Counted from the first letter of the stretch, positions 48,921 to 61,400 are shown. The stretch: DNA of 64,000 nucleotides from Hamiltosporidium tvaerminnensis FI-OER-3-3 (GCA_022605425.2 CM061248.1:1178001-1242000), one strand, 5' to 3'. Numbers and translations: made by a program. The notes: generated by a model not told the origin, from the sequence alone.

Positions 48921-51243
48921 CTATCTTCTCCTACTTTGTAACAATATGTTCGTATTAAATTTCTCTTCAATAAATTTAATAGTTTCTGCAGCTAAATTAT
49001 CCGCTTCAAAAATATATTTCAGCTCAATGTAACCTTCATTATTAAACAAAAATTTTATCCAACGGTAAACCTCTCCCTGTATATCACATGATCTAAATAG
49101 GATATCTTCAATTTTCTTTAAATTTGCAATAAATATTAAATCTTTTTCTGATATATTTATTTCATCAAACTCCATTCTTTCTATTTTATATTCCCGTGAG
49201 GCACAAAATAATTCTGAAAAACTAATATTTCGGAAATTAATTCTAACAATATTTAATTTTTTTAGATTACATAAATTACTGAATGCCTTTACATCTAAAT
49301 TATCGATGGAAAAATCTCTGATAATTAGTTTCTTTATACCCCACATTTCATAGTTTTGAAATAAATTATTTAAAGGACTTGAAGATAATTTCAAATTTTC
49401 TTCATCTTTACTCGTGGCTTCAAAATCAAATTTTTCATTTTTTTCTGAACGTTTTATGAAATCAATCATTTCATTTATATCCCAAAGATCTAACTCTGTA
49501 ATATAAAAAATTTGATTCACAACACGGTTTAACTTTATAGTGTTTGTTTTATTAAAGTATATTTCTTGAAGACCTATCATCATATCTATCAACTTGAAAA
49601 ACTACAAAAACTACCACTGTTGTTATGGGAGAAACTAAAATATTTTATAGATTCGTTTATAAAAATTTCATTTTCAATAAAGATATCTGAATTATTTATT
49701 TCTAATCTTTCTAGCCCTTTTATATTTAAAATATCTCTTAGAAAACCAGATTTTATTGCAGAAGATCTAATTTCAATACACTTTATATTTTCTTCTAAAA
49801 TAGTATTTTCTGTTATAATAAACCGTTTATCATTTAATTTTTCGAAAGTAATTGAAATATTATTAAAACACCCTTTATACTCATAAAAACATTTGAATTC
49901 CAAATTCTTATTCTTGCATTCAAAATTTTCAGTTATTTTAACTTTATCTCTAAATTTGTCTTCATTAAGTAATTTTAAATAAAAATCTTTATTTGCTTTT
50001 GGTATATTTTCATTTTCCTTGATATATTTTTCGATGGAATGTTGTGGGTGTATATGCTTCAGACTTTGTATTATAAACTTTGCTATATTAAGATACCCTT
50101 CTTCGATTTCATCGAGAGTATATCTATCATAAATATACCCTTCAAAAAATATAAATTCGTTAATATTGGCTAAATTCTCTCTGAATATGAAACTTGTGTT
50201 GAATCTAGATTCAATAAAAACTATCTTTTTTAAATTTTTAAAATTTAAATTTGCATTTAGAGAACAAATTACATCATCAGATATGTAACACCAAAAGAAT
50301 ACAAGCTCATCAATCTTCTTTTTTAAATTTTTTAAAATAAAACAAAAACTCTTCGAATTCGCTCTGTTTAAATACTTTATATGCAAATATTTTATATCTA
50401 ATGTATTTAGAAACATTAAAAATAAACATTGACTTTTATGATTCACACCATCTTTTTTATAAAAAAATGATCAAACTCGTCATTAATTACTAAAGTATGT
50501 TTTTTATCTTCCCTAAATAAACTTTTATATTCATCAGAGATATCATATTCATATTCTTTTATAAAAAACAAAAATTTTAAATCTTTTCCGTTATTCAGTA
50601 GTTTTAAATATTGTTGTGATATTTTTTTGAATAAAGCATGTGAGAAATAGCCTTGCTTTGAAAAATGAAACAATTCTTTTTCAATGTTAAAATTATTCAT
50701 TTCATCAGATTTCACTAAAGAACACCAAATATTTTTTATCACATTTCGCAATTTATTATCATATTCAACTCTAAAATATTCTAAAAAATACAATATTGTG
50801 TAAAACTTCTTAATTGTCATTTTATGTACCGGTAAATAATATGAAATTATACACGCATAGCATATTAAAAAATCAGATTTCTTTATATGATGACAAAGAT
50901 ATATTTCTATATTATTGTTCATATTGTTAAACTTTTCAAATATATCAAACTTAAGACCAATTCTCTCAATAAATTCTATACAATACTGTTCATATTGCCT
51001 ATTTGAATCTCTGACAAACATTCTTTCTAAACAGTTTTTTTCGTAATTTGCATTAGTCTCATCTCTTTTGATTTGATATAGACATTTAGGCTTGAGATCA
51101 TTATTGCCTAAAGCTATGTAAGACTCTTCATTTTCATTTACAACATTAAATATAATATTTCTTTTACTCGAATAATAGATAAACACAAAAGAAAGTGGTT
51201 TATATAATAACGTTATGAAATGGAAGCACAGATTAAATTTCAT
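48921..51243 (-). pseudogene. Signal-peptide/LRR-like family member 2 (two single-base frameshifts, possibly sequencing errors)
   Basis: Three ORFs overlap by 4 nt. Comparison with member 1 shows 1-nt deletions at ~50446 and ~49592. Confidence 0.8.
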
Positions 51244-51935
51244 AAATTTTAGAAAAAAATCCGTATTTATAATTTTAAAATCAATTTACTATTTTAGTTT
51301 GTATTTATAAAAATTCTGATTTTTTTCATAAAACGTCAAGAATGATGTGGCTTGCAATTTAAATTAATTAAAATTTTATAAAATGTTTTGAATTATAAAA
51401 AATTAAAAGGTTCACGTTTAAACAATTGTTGGTTTTCTAAACGTCAAATTTTATTGAATAACAATACTATTTGTAGAATTTTAATAAACGAATATTTCTT
51501 ATGATGTCCGATAATTTTTTGTAGTTTAAAGAATCGATAATTGACTGTTACTAAGATTTCAGTTAAGTTTTATATTACTAATTACAACAAAAATTCGATT
51601 CTTTAATTTTTTGCAGAATTTCTCTCAATATAAAATACGAATTTTGATTATTCTTAAAATAAGAATTATATTTCATTGGCTGACTGTCATTTGATTTTGC
51701 TTGTCTACTTTAAAACGAATAATATCTATATAAAAAGTAAAAAAAATAGTTATTGAAATGTAAGAATATACACTGTAAAGCCTAGGTGTAATTATGGAAA
51801 AGTTTAGAAAAATATCTATACAAAATACAAAAATAAACTGTTACGAAATGTAAACATCATAATATGTAGTGATCGGTTTTAGCATTGATTTTTTTTGTTT
51901 CTATTAAAATTATTTTGTGTATATGAACTCGCGAA

Positions 51936-54900
51936 ATGGGTAGAAGAAAAAAAGTTGACAGCGAAAATATAAAAAATGAAGAAATAAAGGCTGTAAACAA
52001 CTCGGAAATTAGTTTAAAAGAGACAAAAACGTGTGATAGAGATGAAGTGACTATATAAGAGACACTTCCACCACAAGCGACCATCCATAATAACACCCAC
52101 TCCCCATCGAGCACTATGTTATATGTTACTTCAGTCAGCCTGCTCGATTCCGCCCCCTTCTTCCTGTCCCGATTCTTCTGCGGGTGGACCAGCCAACACA
52201 ATGGAAAACCTCAATGCACCTGCCATTCCAGAAGGAATTCGACAGATGTTATTGCATTCAATACTTGACTCTGTCACGGCCGTAGAACAGGAATGGCCTA
52301 GATCTGCTATGTCAGCAGTGCAAAAAATGTTTGAGGAATGCCTAGAAATGGCTGGTCTGCAATTCTTAGGTACTATAATGGGAAATTTGGTCGAACTGTT
52401 GATATCGATGTGTTAAAAAAATTAACACATAATGAGGTAGAAAGGGAAAAAAGGAAAGAAAAGGATGGAGAGCGACGTAGAATCGCCACTTGTCTCCCCG
52501 AGCCATTTTCCTTAACTGACACTACACTCTATATGAACCTGAGAGAAAAGTTCTTGTTTAAAATCAAGGAACTCTCTGAGAAGGAAATCGGAGATGTAGT
52601 AGTCCGAACAAGAAAACTTCCAAGTGAATTGGTTGATAGTAAAGTTTTGGAACTCATAAATCGGATCACAAGTGAATGTACTGAATTTCATGTGCCTAAG
52701 AATGTTAGTGATGCAGCTCGAATCATCCAGGCGGCCCAGGTATGCTATGACGAGGAAACGCGTAAGGAGAAGCCTAGATCTGCTTGGAAGGAGAACATAG
52801 AAAGTAAAATTTCTAAGTTAGTACTTTCCAAAGACCTCCTCGAGAAGGCTCGTAAACTAGAAAAGCTCTCTACTTCGGAAACGAAAAGTCTCAGAAAAAT
52901 TATGCGAGAGTTTAATCTAGACTTAAGCAAAATAAATGATCTCACTGAGGCTTTGGTTAAGAAGAATGAGGCTTTGAATGTGTACGAGAAAAAAATTACG
53001 ATGTATGAAAGTAGAAGGAAATTTCGAAAAGAGAATCGTATGTTTGTATTATTCCGAGCTCGATTCTATCCAGGTTATTCGAGCGGTTTGAATCCGAGCA
53101 TGTGGTTAATCGTATACGAAATTCCGGAATTTTGGTCTACAATGTGGAACAAAAATGATAAAGTAGTACATATGATGAGTATTTAATACCTTTCGGTCAA
53201 ATACGCAACAGACCACGTTTCCTTCACTTGAAGAGTTTAAAGATATTATCAATTGACTGCCTAACTGGAAAGACGCTGGAATTGATGGTAATTATAACTT
53301 TTACATCAAGAAACTTACAAGCCTTCAAAAATATCTTTACGATATTGTGAAAGTCATATTTTTAGAATTAACGCCTCAAGCCGACTGGTATTATTGTGGA
53401 CTTACTTATCTGATACCTAAAGGTACACCAAAGACTGGCTCTGATTACAGGCCAATAACCTGTATGTCAAACCTGTATAAACTGACTAAAAAATGTCTTT
53501 CTAGCGTGATTCGAGTTGAGGTGGAAAGACGAGGATTGCTTTCAGAAAACCAGTTGGGAGCGGTTAGAGGAGTGCAAGGAGCGAAAGAGCAGGCTCTACA
53601 CAATATTGCTTTAAATAAAGGGTACGGAAATAATCGTAAGACAACATGGATTGATGTTAAGAAAGCTTCTGATTCAATAGATCATGCAAATTTTACTCAA
53701 TGCATTGAAAACCTTAATTTACCTGATTGTATCTTGAAATTTATTAAGGTAATTGTATGAAAATTTAAAATTGATATTTCGGTAGGGTCTGAAAAAATTA
53801 TGAACAAGAAGATTGATAAGGGGATTCTACAGGGAGATAGTTTGTCACCATTATTGTTTGTTTTGTGTATGGATCCATTGAGCCGAAAGCTTAATGAGAA
53901 ATACACAAAGGTGATAATACAAACAGATGCAGAATCCCACGCAACTAATCATCTCTTGTTTATTGATGATATTAAGCTCCTTGCCGAAGATGGTCAAACA
54001 TTGGAAGAAATGACGGAGGAGGTTAAAAAGTTTATGAACAATATAGGATTGGAAGTTAACAAAGAGAAGTCAGCCACTAATGATCCATGTTGTGAAGATA
54101 CTGCTACTCTTCTTGAAGGAATAGGTGTTTATAAATACCTTGGAATTATAGAAGATAGCAGAGGAATTCCAACAAGTAAGTCTTTTGAGGGAGTACAGAC
54201 TAAACTTATAGCACGAGTAGAAAGACTTTGTCGCACGAGATTAAATGCAAGAAATTTATTTCAAGTCATTAATCAACATGCAATTTCTTTACTAAACTAT
54301 CATATAGGTGTACTTCGACTTGGACCGGCTGACTTCTTTAAGTTAGATGATGCGGTGCGTGCAGTGTTAGTAAAGAACAAAATACATCTACGCCCAGGAT
54401 GCAAAGAACGTCTATACCTTCCACGTAAAGAACTTGGAAGAGGTTTACATAGTGTCGAGTTCAAAAGCGAACATATGCTTTTGCAACTCTTGGATTGTCT
54501 GAAAAAACATAAAGATACATCGATCAGAAGAGCAGCTATCCTAAAGGTTGAGAATAATAGTAAAACACATCTTTCAGCAATTAAAAACCTTTTAAAAATA
54601 AAATACGGGTTGGAAGAGGAAGTCACAAAAAAGAAAAAGGAAGAAGCTCAACATGCTAACCTATATAACGAAATCAAAACCGAAAACTACATTCAAAGTT
54701 ATATAGCGCTAGAAATAACGAGCTGGTAAGTGTAAATGACTCCTCAAGATGGTTAAAGAAAGGAAGTATAAGATCACGTGATGAAGCAAGTTTCTATTAT
54801 ATCCAGGATAGAAATGTATTCTGAGGTGCAGAAGGTATGTGTCAACACTGCTACCAGTCTAGGAAAACAGTTGATCATTTAGCAACGAGATGTGAAAAAA

Positions 54901-55718
54901 TGCTTGGTCATGACTATTCATGACAACATAATGGAGTGGTACGATGTATACATTTACAATTGCTGAATAAATATAAGTTTAAGTCTTCAAAACGAATAAG
55001 GAGTCACTCAGTTCAAGAAATTATTGATAATGAGTAGGCAGAGATAAGAGTGGACACCAGAATAAAAACTGATGTTAAAATTCGGAATAACAGGCCGGAC
55101 ATATTTATTTAGATAAGAAGAAGAATAAGATAACACTCATTGAAGTAGGAATCACTTCCCAAGATTCACTTCAAATAGTTGAAACTGAAAAACTTAGGAA
55201 GTGTGACATGCTAGCCAATGAATTGGGTCTTATTTATAAGTGTAATGTTGAGATAATCCTTTATGTGATGACCTGGGACGGTATTGTGACTAAAAAACAT
55301 ATGACGTATGTTAAGAGACTGCAAATACACATGAATGTAGAGGCATATATACAATCCATAGTACTCAAGAAGACGTTCAAAATAATTTCTTTTGATCGAC
55401 GAATAGGACTTGAGTCTGGACCAAATGCCGAAGAGAGCTGGGAGAGAGCATCATTAAGTGTTATTTTAGGAGCTGAGATGTATAAACAAGCAATACCCTC
55501 CTTAAAGCAAGAAGACAACGAGGAAGATGATGTTAAAACGGAAAATACAAAAAATATTTTACCCCTTATTTTGGATGGGATAACCACGGTTAAGGAACCG
55601 ACACTTAATGCAAATGAAGAGTTGGAGTTGGAGGAAGAAATAGAAGGAGTTAAAATGGTGGAAAGAATAATTTAAAGGGAAAAAATCGTCAACCCAGAAT
55701 TTTATTACCTAAAAATAC
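51936..55718 (+). mobile_element. Full-length, degraded R4/Dong-like RLE retrotransposon (second subfamily)
   Basis: Same RT/CCHC/RLE motifs as above. TSD aactcgcgaa at 51926-51935 / 55719-55728. Confidence 0.92.
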
Positions 55719-55822
55719 AACTCGCGAATATTTTAATTATTGATTGATTAAATTTTTTAACTCGATTAAATTCGAATAATTGTTGATTTCTTAGTTGCAT
55801 TTTTTTCAAAAATAATATTATT

Positions 55823-56549
55823 TTTATTTAAAAGTATCACATCTTTTTAAAATAGTGGCAAGTGTTATATTTGTTTTCATGACATTAACGCAGTTCTAGG
55901 TTTAACATAAATAACTGCTACCCCAAAACTCCATCAGTAACCCCTGCGATACCTACGTCCCAAAGCCTTTCATTTACCAGGTGTGTAGAACCTAATTACT
56001 AGGCGAGGCAGTTGCCCGGAGTTCGTTAATGTCCGTTGCATGGAGTGTGATCGAACGCCGAAGCCCCCCGGGCTCCCCCAAGACTATGCAGCATTCCCAC
56101 TTACTCTACACTTTCTGAACCCAATAAACTTCTAGCTAAGATATATTTCAGAGAATTACATGGGGTCCACCTAGACAGTGCAATGTCATACCAACAGGTA
56201 TAACCTGCTACTTAGCTCTCCCGGCTTTAAATGGTTTTTATTTTTATATCTCCCAGGCGCTAAGTCTTCTAACCCGAGTGAGCAAGGCTAGGTTTCCATG
56301 TTTTTACATGGCAATTACCTACATGTTCAGCTGCGGTCTGCAATCTGGTTACATAAAAAACTACAAATAAATTTGTAGAAAAAGTTTCTCCATTTCTTAG
56401 ACCTCTCCTCCTCATACAAACTCCCATGGAACAACCGAAGATGTAGTGTGGTTTTATTCCCACCAAAAATCCAAACAATGATCTCACACCAGTTTCACAC
56501 ACTCATTGCCAAGCAGAAAGTTTTTTATCTGGTTATCCTCCCTCCACTA
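55823..56549 (-). mobile_element. Structured non-coding element, copy C (intact, 19-bp TSD)
   Basis: TSD tttcaaaaataatattatt at 55804-55822 / 56550-56568. Confidence 0.92.
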
Positions 56550-57214
56550 TTTCAAAAATAATATTATTATAATTTATATCCAATTATGTGAAAAGTTTTA
56601 TTTTGGTACTCAACACCGAGAGGTACAAAAGGACTAGAATAAGAAATAAGTTTTATTGTGGTTTTTAAGATTCTTGAGGAAAAAAAGCAAACTAAGATAA
56701 TTAAATTACCAGGAAAAACAAGACTCAATTGAATATGAATGCCAATCGAGGAAAATAAAAGGCAAATTTGCTTGTTAAATTCATTGTAGCATTATACACC
56801 TTCGTATAGTGAAGAAGTATGAATCGACTTGTCTTGTTTTCAAAATACCATCTTCTCATACCCCACAAATTTATTTATCATCATACTTTCATTTATTTAG
56901 CGCATATTAAACTCTTGATCTCTGTATTCAAGCAATTAAATTTGTGAGAATTGGCCACTTCACGCCGAGTAATGATATAATAGAAGCCAAAAACTAGAAA
57001 GTCCGCAAAATTCTAAAGCAACACAGATATAGGTCTTAAAAAAGGCCTAAAAAAACCTTTCGGAAAACCAAGATATTATAATAAGATACTTTTGTTTCTT
57101 TAATTTTAATTTATTATAAACGATCAACATGGTCGGTAAATTAATGAAACTGGCCGAAAGTAACTTGGCGACACCATTTGATTTCGTAGGTTTTATATCT
57201 TGATACTAATTTCA

Positions 57215-58128
57215 ATTTTAAAACTATCACATCTTTTTTAAACAGCGGAAAATGTTGTTTTATTTTCATGAAATGCAGGGGGTTCAGGTTTAAAATAAAT
57301 TACTACTCATCTTCTATTCTTAATAGGTACATCTGAAGATCCCCCTACAAAAAGGTTTTTATCTACAATTTTGTTAAATTATTAAATAATTTGAAATTTC
57401 AAAGTTTCGTTACCATTTATGTGAGTTGCCCGAATACAGTTCGGCCAAGAAGTGATTTTTCTTCATGCATTTAGGACAACTATTTCTCTCACAGTGATTT
57501 GCTTAAAACATCTTCGAGCAAATCACACGGATGGGATGGTCAAGATAAATATTTTAGTAAAAATCCGAGGGACTTTTTTGGCACATTTTTTTATGAGGGT
57601 GACACAGAAGTGGTTAATTTTGCTCCTAGGGTGTAATCGCGATCGAAACCCTACCTAAAGCACAAAATAGACCAGAAACATTTCCACATATTGTACACCT
57701 TTTGAACCTGTAACTTCCACATAAGATAAATATCTGCGACTTACATTAAGTTTAACTAGACGTTCCACATGTCATAACACGAGTGTAGCTTAATACTTTG
57801 CTGTTCTGGGGTTACTGGTTTTATTTTTGCTAATCCTCGGCCTCAAGTCTTTTTGCTCGAGCAAGCAAGACTAGGTTTCCATGCTTTTAAATGGAAAATA
57901 CCTATAAGTTTAGCTGCGGTCTATAATCTTGTTACATAAAGAACTTAAACCCTTCCTTGTATAAATTTTCTTTTTTTTAAACAATCTTATCCATATAAAA
58001 ATTTCTACGCAAATACCGAAAGTGCAATTTGATTTCATCCCACTAAAATTAAACAAGGATTTCCACTTAGTTTTTTAACACATTCATAAACAAAAGATAA
58101 TTTTAATGAGGTTATCCTCCCTCCACCA
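57215..58128 (-). mobile_element. Structured non-coding element, copy D (divergent, ~900 nt, internal expansion)
   Basis: Same termini (TGGTGGAGGGAGGATAACC ... TTTAAAAAAGATGTGAT) and shared blocks GACCGCAGCT and CATGGAAACCTAG. Confidence 0.8.
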
Positions 58129-58313
58129 AATGTAAATTAACAAACGATTAAATACGATACCAAAATACAAATACTTTTAATTTTGGATTCAAAGCACAAT
58201 AAATTTATATTTCCAGTACCTTTCATTTTCTTTACCTTCAGAGTTCTATATTTCTTATAAGAATATTATAAATATTTTTATAAATAAATTTTGAATTTTT
58301 TAGGGTCCCTCAA

Positions 58314-59921
58314 ATGATAAGAGACATTCAAAAAAACAGAATTAAAGAGTTTTTACAGGTAAAGGGATTGGATTGGAAAGTATTAATTCTTGATAAGAAA
58401 ACACATGAAATTATTTCACCACTTCTCAAAATAAATGAATTACGTGAGTGTGGTGTTACATCTCATTTTATGTTAAAAAGTAATAGAAATCGTATATCCG
58501 ACACGCCTGCAATATATTTTGTGGAGGGAAATAAAGAAAATGTAGAAATAATAATAAACGACATACAAAAAGGACTTTATGTTGGATTTTATTTAAATTT
58601 TGTAAACAGTATTGATCGAAGAACGCTGGAAACTTTAGCATTTGAACTAAGTAAGAAAGGTGTTGCTTTTCAAGTGAAAAGTGTTTTTGATCATTTTATA
58701 GATTTTATTTCATTACAAAACGATCTATTTATAACGAATTTAAAATTTTCATTTAAAAACTTACAAAATATAGAAACATGGAAAGGTATAACAAATTCTT
58801 TATTTGGAGTGTTCCTGTGTTTAAATCAAAAACCTTTAATAATTTTTCAAAAAAAAAGTGATGAAAATTTTGTACCTAAAAATATTTCAAAGATGCTCGA
58901 AAGTAAAATTAAAAATTTTGAAAAAATACAATCTTCAAGAAAAAAACCTCTTTTAATTATCATTGACAGATATTTTGATCTTATTTCACCATTTGAACAC
59001 GTATGGAACTATTCTGCTTTGATAAAAGATTTAATGGAATTTCATTTAAACCGAGTTCAAATTGAAGATGAAAAAGAACAAAATATTAATTATGATTTGG
59101 ATCCTTCTGATTTCTTTTGGATGAAAAACCAAAATGAATTTTTTCCTTTGGTAGCTGAAAAAGTAGAAAAGGAGTTGTTAGAATATAAAAAAGAAGTGGC
59201 CACGCAAAATATTAAAGAAAATATAAATAAAATGAATATCCACACTGTTTTGGAAAAAGCACCTGAAATGTCTCGAAGAAATGAAATAATGCATTCTCAT
59301 ATGAAATTGTGTTTAAAATTAGTAGAAAAGATTAAAGAAAGAAACATTGATGATTTCTATAAAATTGAAAAAAGTAAATACAAAAAAAACGAATTAATTG
59401 ATATTTCTGAGAAGGGAAATGAAGATGATATTTTAAGATTAGCAATTAGTTTAATTAAAAAAGAAAAAGAAGAAATTTTATCTGCACTTTTAAAAAAGAG
59501 AAATATAAACAATAGTTGTTTCGAATTTGTTAAAAATAATATAAATTTGAATACAGAAGATATTTCAAATACCGGAACTTCATATACAAGTGTTGTCAGT
59601 AATGTATTAGGAAATATTAAAAAATTACTTCCTTTAAATACAGACATGCCTATATCAATACTCGTAGAAAATATTTGGAACAAATTTAAAAATGGAAATG
59701 TAGATGGATATGACTTTTATAATTTGGATGGAACTGGATTGTGTTATGATAAAGAAATATCAAGTATAATTGTATTTTGTCTCGGTGGAGGAACTTATGC
59801 TGAACTTAAAAGCTTAAAAGTATTAGAAAATAAAATACAGATACCTATTATATATGGGTCTACAGAGATGCTTAATAGCAAAGAATTTACAGAACAAATT
59901 TTAGAATTAAATAAAAATTGA
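58314..59921 (+). CDS. SLY1: Sec1/Munc18-family protein, Sly1 subfamily
   Basis: WKVLILD, ISPLLKINELRECGVT, PAIYFV, YDLDPSDFFW, IVFCLGGGTYAE, IIYGSTE. GGGTCCC upstream of the ATG. Confidence 0.88.
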   Translation: MIRDIQKNRIKEFLQVKGLDWKVLILDKKTHEIISPLLKINELRECGVTSHFMLKSNRNRISDTPAIYFVEGNKENVEIIINDIQKGLYVGFYLNFVNSIDRRTLETLAFELSKKGVAFQVKSVFDHFIDFISLQNDLFITNLKFSFKNLQNIETWKGITNSLFGVFLCLNQKPLIIFQKKSDENFVPKNISKMLESKIKNFEKIQSSRKKPLLIIIDRYFDLISPFEHVWNYSALIKDLMEFHLNRVQIEDEKEQNINYDLDPSDFFWMKNQNEFFPLVAEKVEKELLEYKKEVATQNIKENINKMNIHTVLEKAPEMSRRNEIMHSHMKLCLKLVEKIKERNIDDFYKIEKSKYKKNELIDISEKGNEDDILRLAISLIKKEKEEILSALLKKRNINNSCFEFVKNNINLNTEDISNTGTSYTSVVSNVLGNIKKLLPLNTDMPISILVENIWNKFKNGNVDGYDFYNLDGTGLCYDKEISSIIVFCLGGGTYAELKSLKVLENKIQIPIIYGSTEMLNSKEFTEQILELNKN

Positions 59922-60149
59922 TATTCTAAGATTAAAAATTTATAGATTTAGGGTTAATATTTGCAGTTCTATAGTTTAAGGATTTGATATGTTCTAAATC
60001 TTTTGTTTTCTTTTGTTTTTAAATATTTGTAGTTCTGGAATTCATTATTTGGTATTTCTGAAATAAATTACCATTCCAAGACTTTCTTTATTATTGCTTT
60101 AAAAATACTTTTTTATCTTTTTATTATGTTTATATATTTTTATTTCGTC

Positions 60150-60500
60150 TATGTACTTAAGAAGACAGACGAAACGATTTCCTTTGATCGACGAAGAGGA
60201 CTTGAGTCAAAACCAAATGCCGAAGAGAGCTGGGAGAGAGCGTCAATGGGTGTTATTATGCGAGCAGAGATGCATGAGGAACCAACACCCCCTTTAAAAC
60301 AATCAAGTAGAGGGCAAGATGGGGTTAAAACAGAAAATAACAAAAATATTATACCCCTTATTTCAGAAGAAGGAACCACATTTTAGGGACCGACGATAAA
60401 TATAAATGAAGAGTCAGAATTGGAAGAAGAAATGGTAGTGGTAAAAGAGGTAGAAGAAAATGCATAAAAATCATAAAAACATTTTAACCCAGAAATTTAT
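60150..60500 (+). mobile_element. Short 3' fragment of R4-like element
   Basis: VLKKTDETISFDRRRGLES..AEESWERAS, ending AACCCAGAAATTT. Confidence 0.85.
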
Positions 60501-60904
60501 CAACTAAGAAAAATTTTCGAATATAGTTTAATATTATAAGACTTCGAAATATTATTTTTATATGTAATTCGCTTAAAAATGTATATGCCATGTATTACAT
60601 TATATCAAATAATATATGATGATAAAATGCATGGTTTGGGTTCTGTTGAGAAACCAACGTTATACGAGAATTCTACTTATGTCAAATCAGAAATGAGTTC
60701 AGTAGGGGTATCTTATATTTTATTTTAATTTTATCAAATATTAGATTTATTCATTCAATATTTTTTATTTGGTAGTCTATTTCAGATTAAATTTGAATAA
60801 AGCGGTTATAGATGGCACATACACTTTATCTTTGTACATTGTATGCCTGTAAATATATCCTAAAAACTAAAGTTTAGTCAAAAATAAATTAAATTTATGA
60901 AGAA

Positions 60905-61400
60905 TGATATCTATGCCTGATCTATTGGCAAATAAACAAATCTTATTTACAAATTTATTGTTGAGATAATTCTTTATGTAATGACATGAAACAGTATTGT
61001 GACAAAATACCATAAGAAATATCTTGAAAGACTACAAATACCTATAAACCAGAGGAATTTACTACGATAATAATACGCAAGAACCAGTCGAAACATATTC
61101 CTTTGAGCATCATTATGAACTTTAGTGTGAAAAAAATGTTCGGGAGAACGAGAGAGTGCGTCGTCAAATGTTATTAAAGAAACCTAGATACATGATAAAT
61201 CAATACACCTTTAAAGATAGGCTAATAACGGAGAGGACCGTGTTGAACATGTTAAATCAAAAACATTCACACTTTTATTTCAGACAGACGGCCCACACTA
61301 GATGAACCGACAATAAATATAAAATAAATTTCGGATTTGAAAGAGCTCGAAGTTATTAAAAAGGTATAAGAGAATATATAGAAGAGTGAAAAAAATTTAA
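60905..61400 (+). pseudogene. Degraded 3' fragment of R4-like element
   Basis: gttgagataattctttatgtaatgacatgaaacagtattgtgacaaaataccataag. Confidence 0.7.

Noticed and set aside
48921-51243. Operon-like 4-nt overlapping ORFs
   Set aside because: Paralog comparison shows single-base deletions in one gene.
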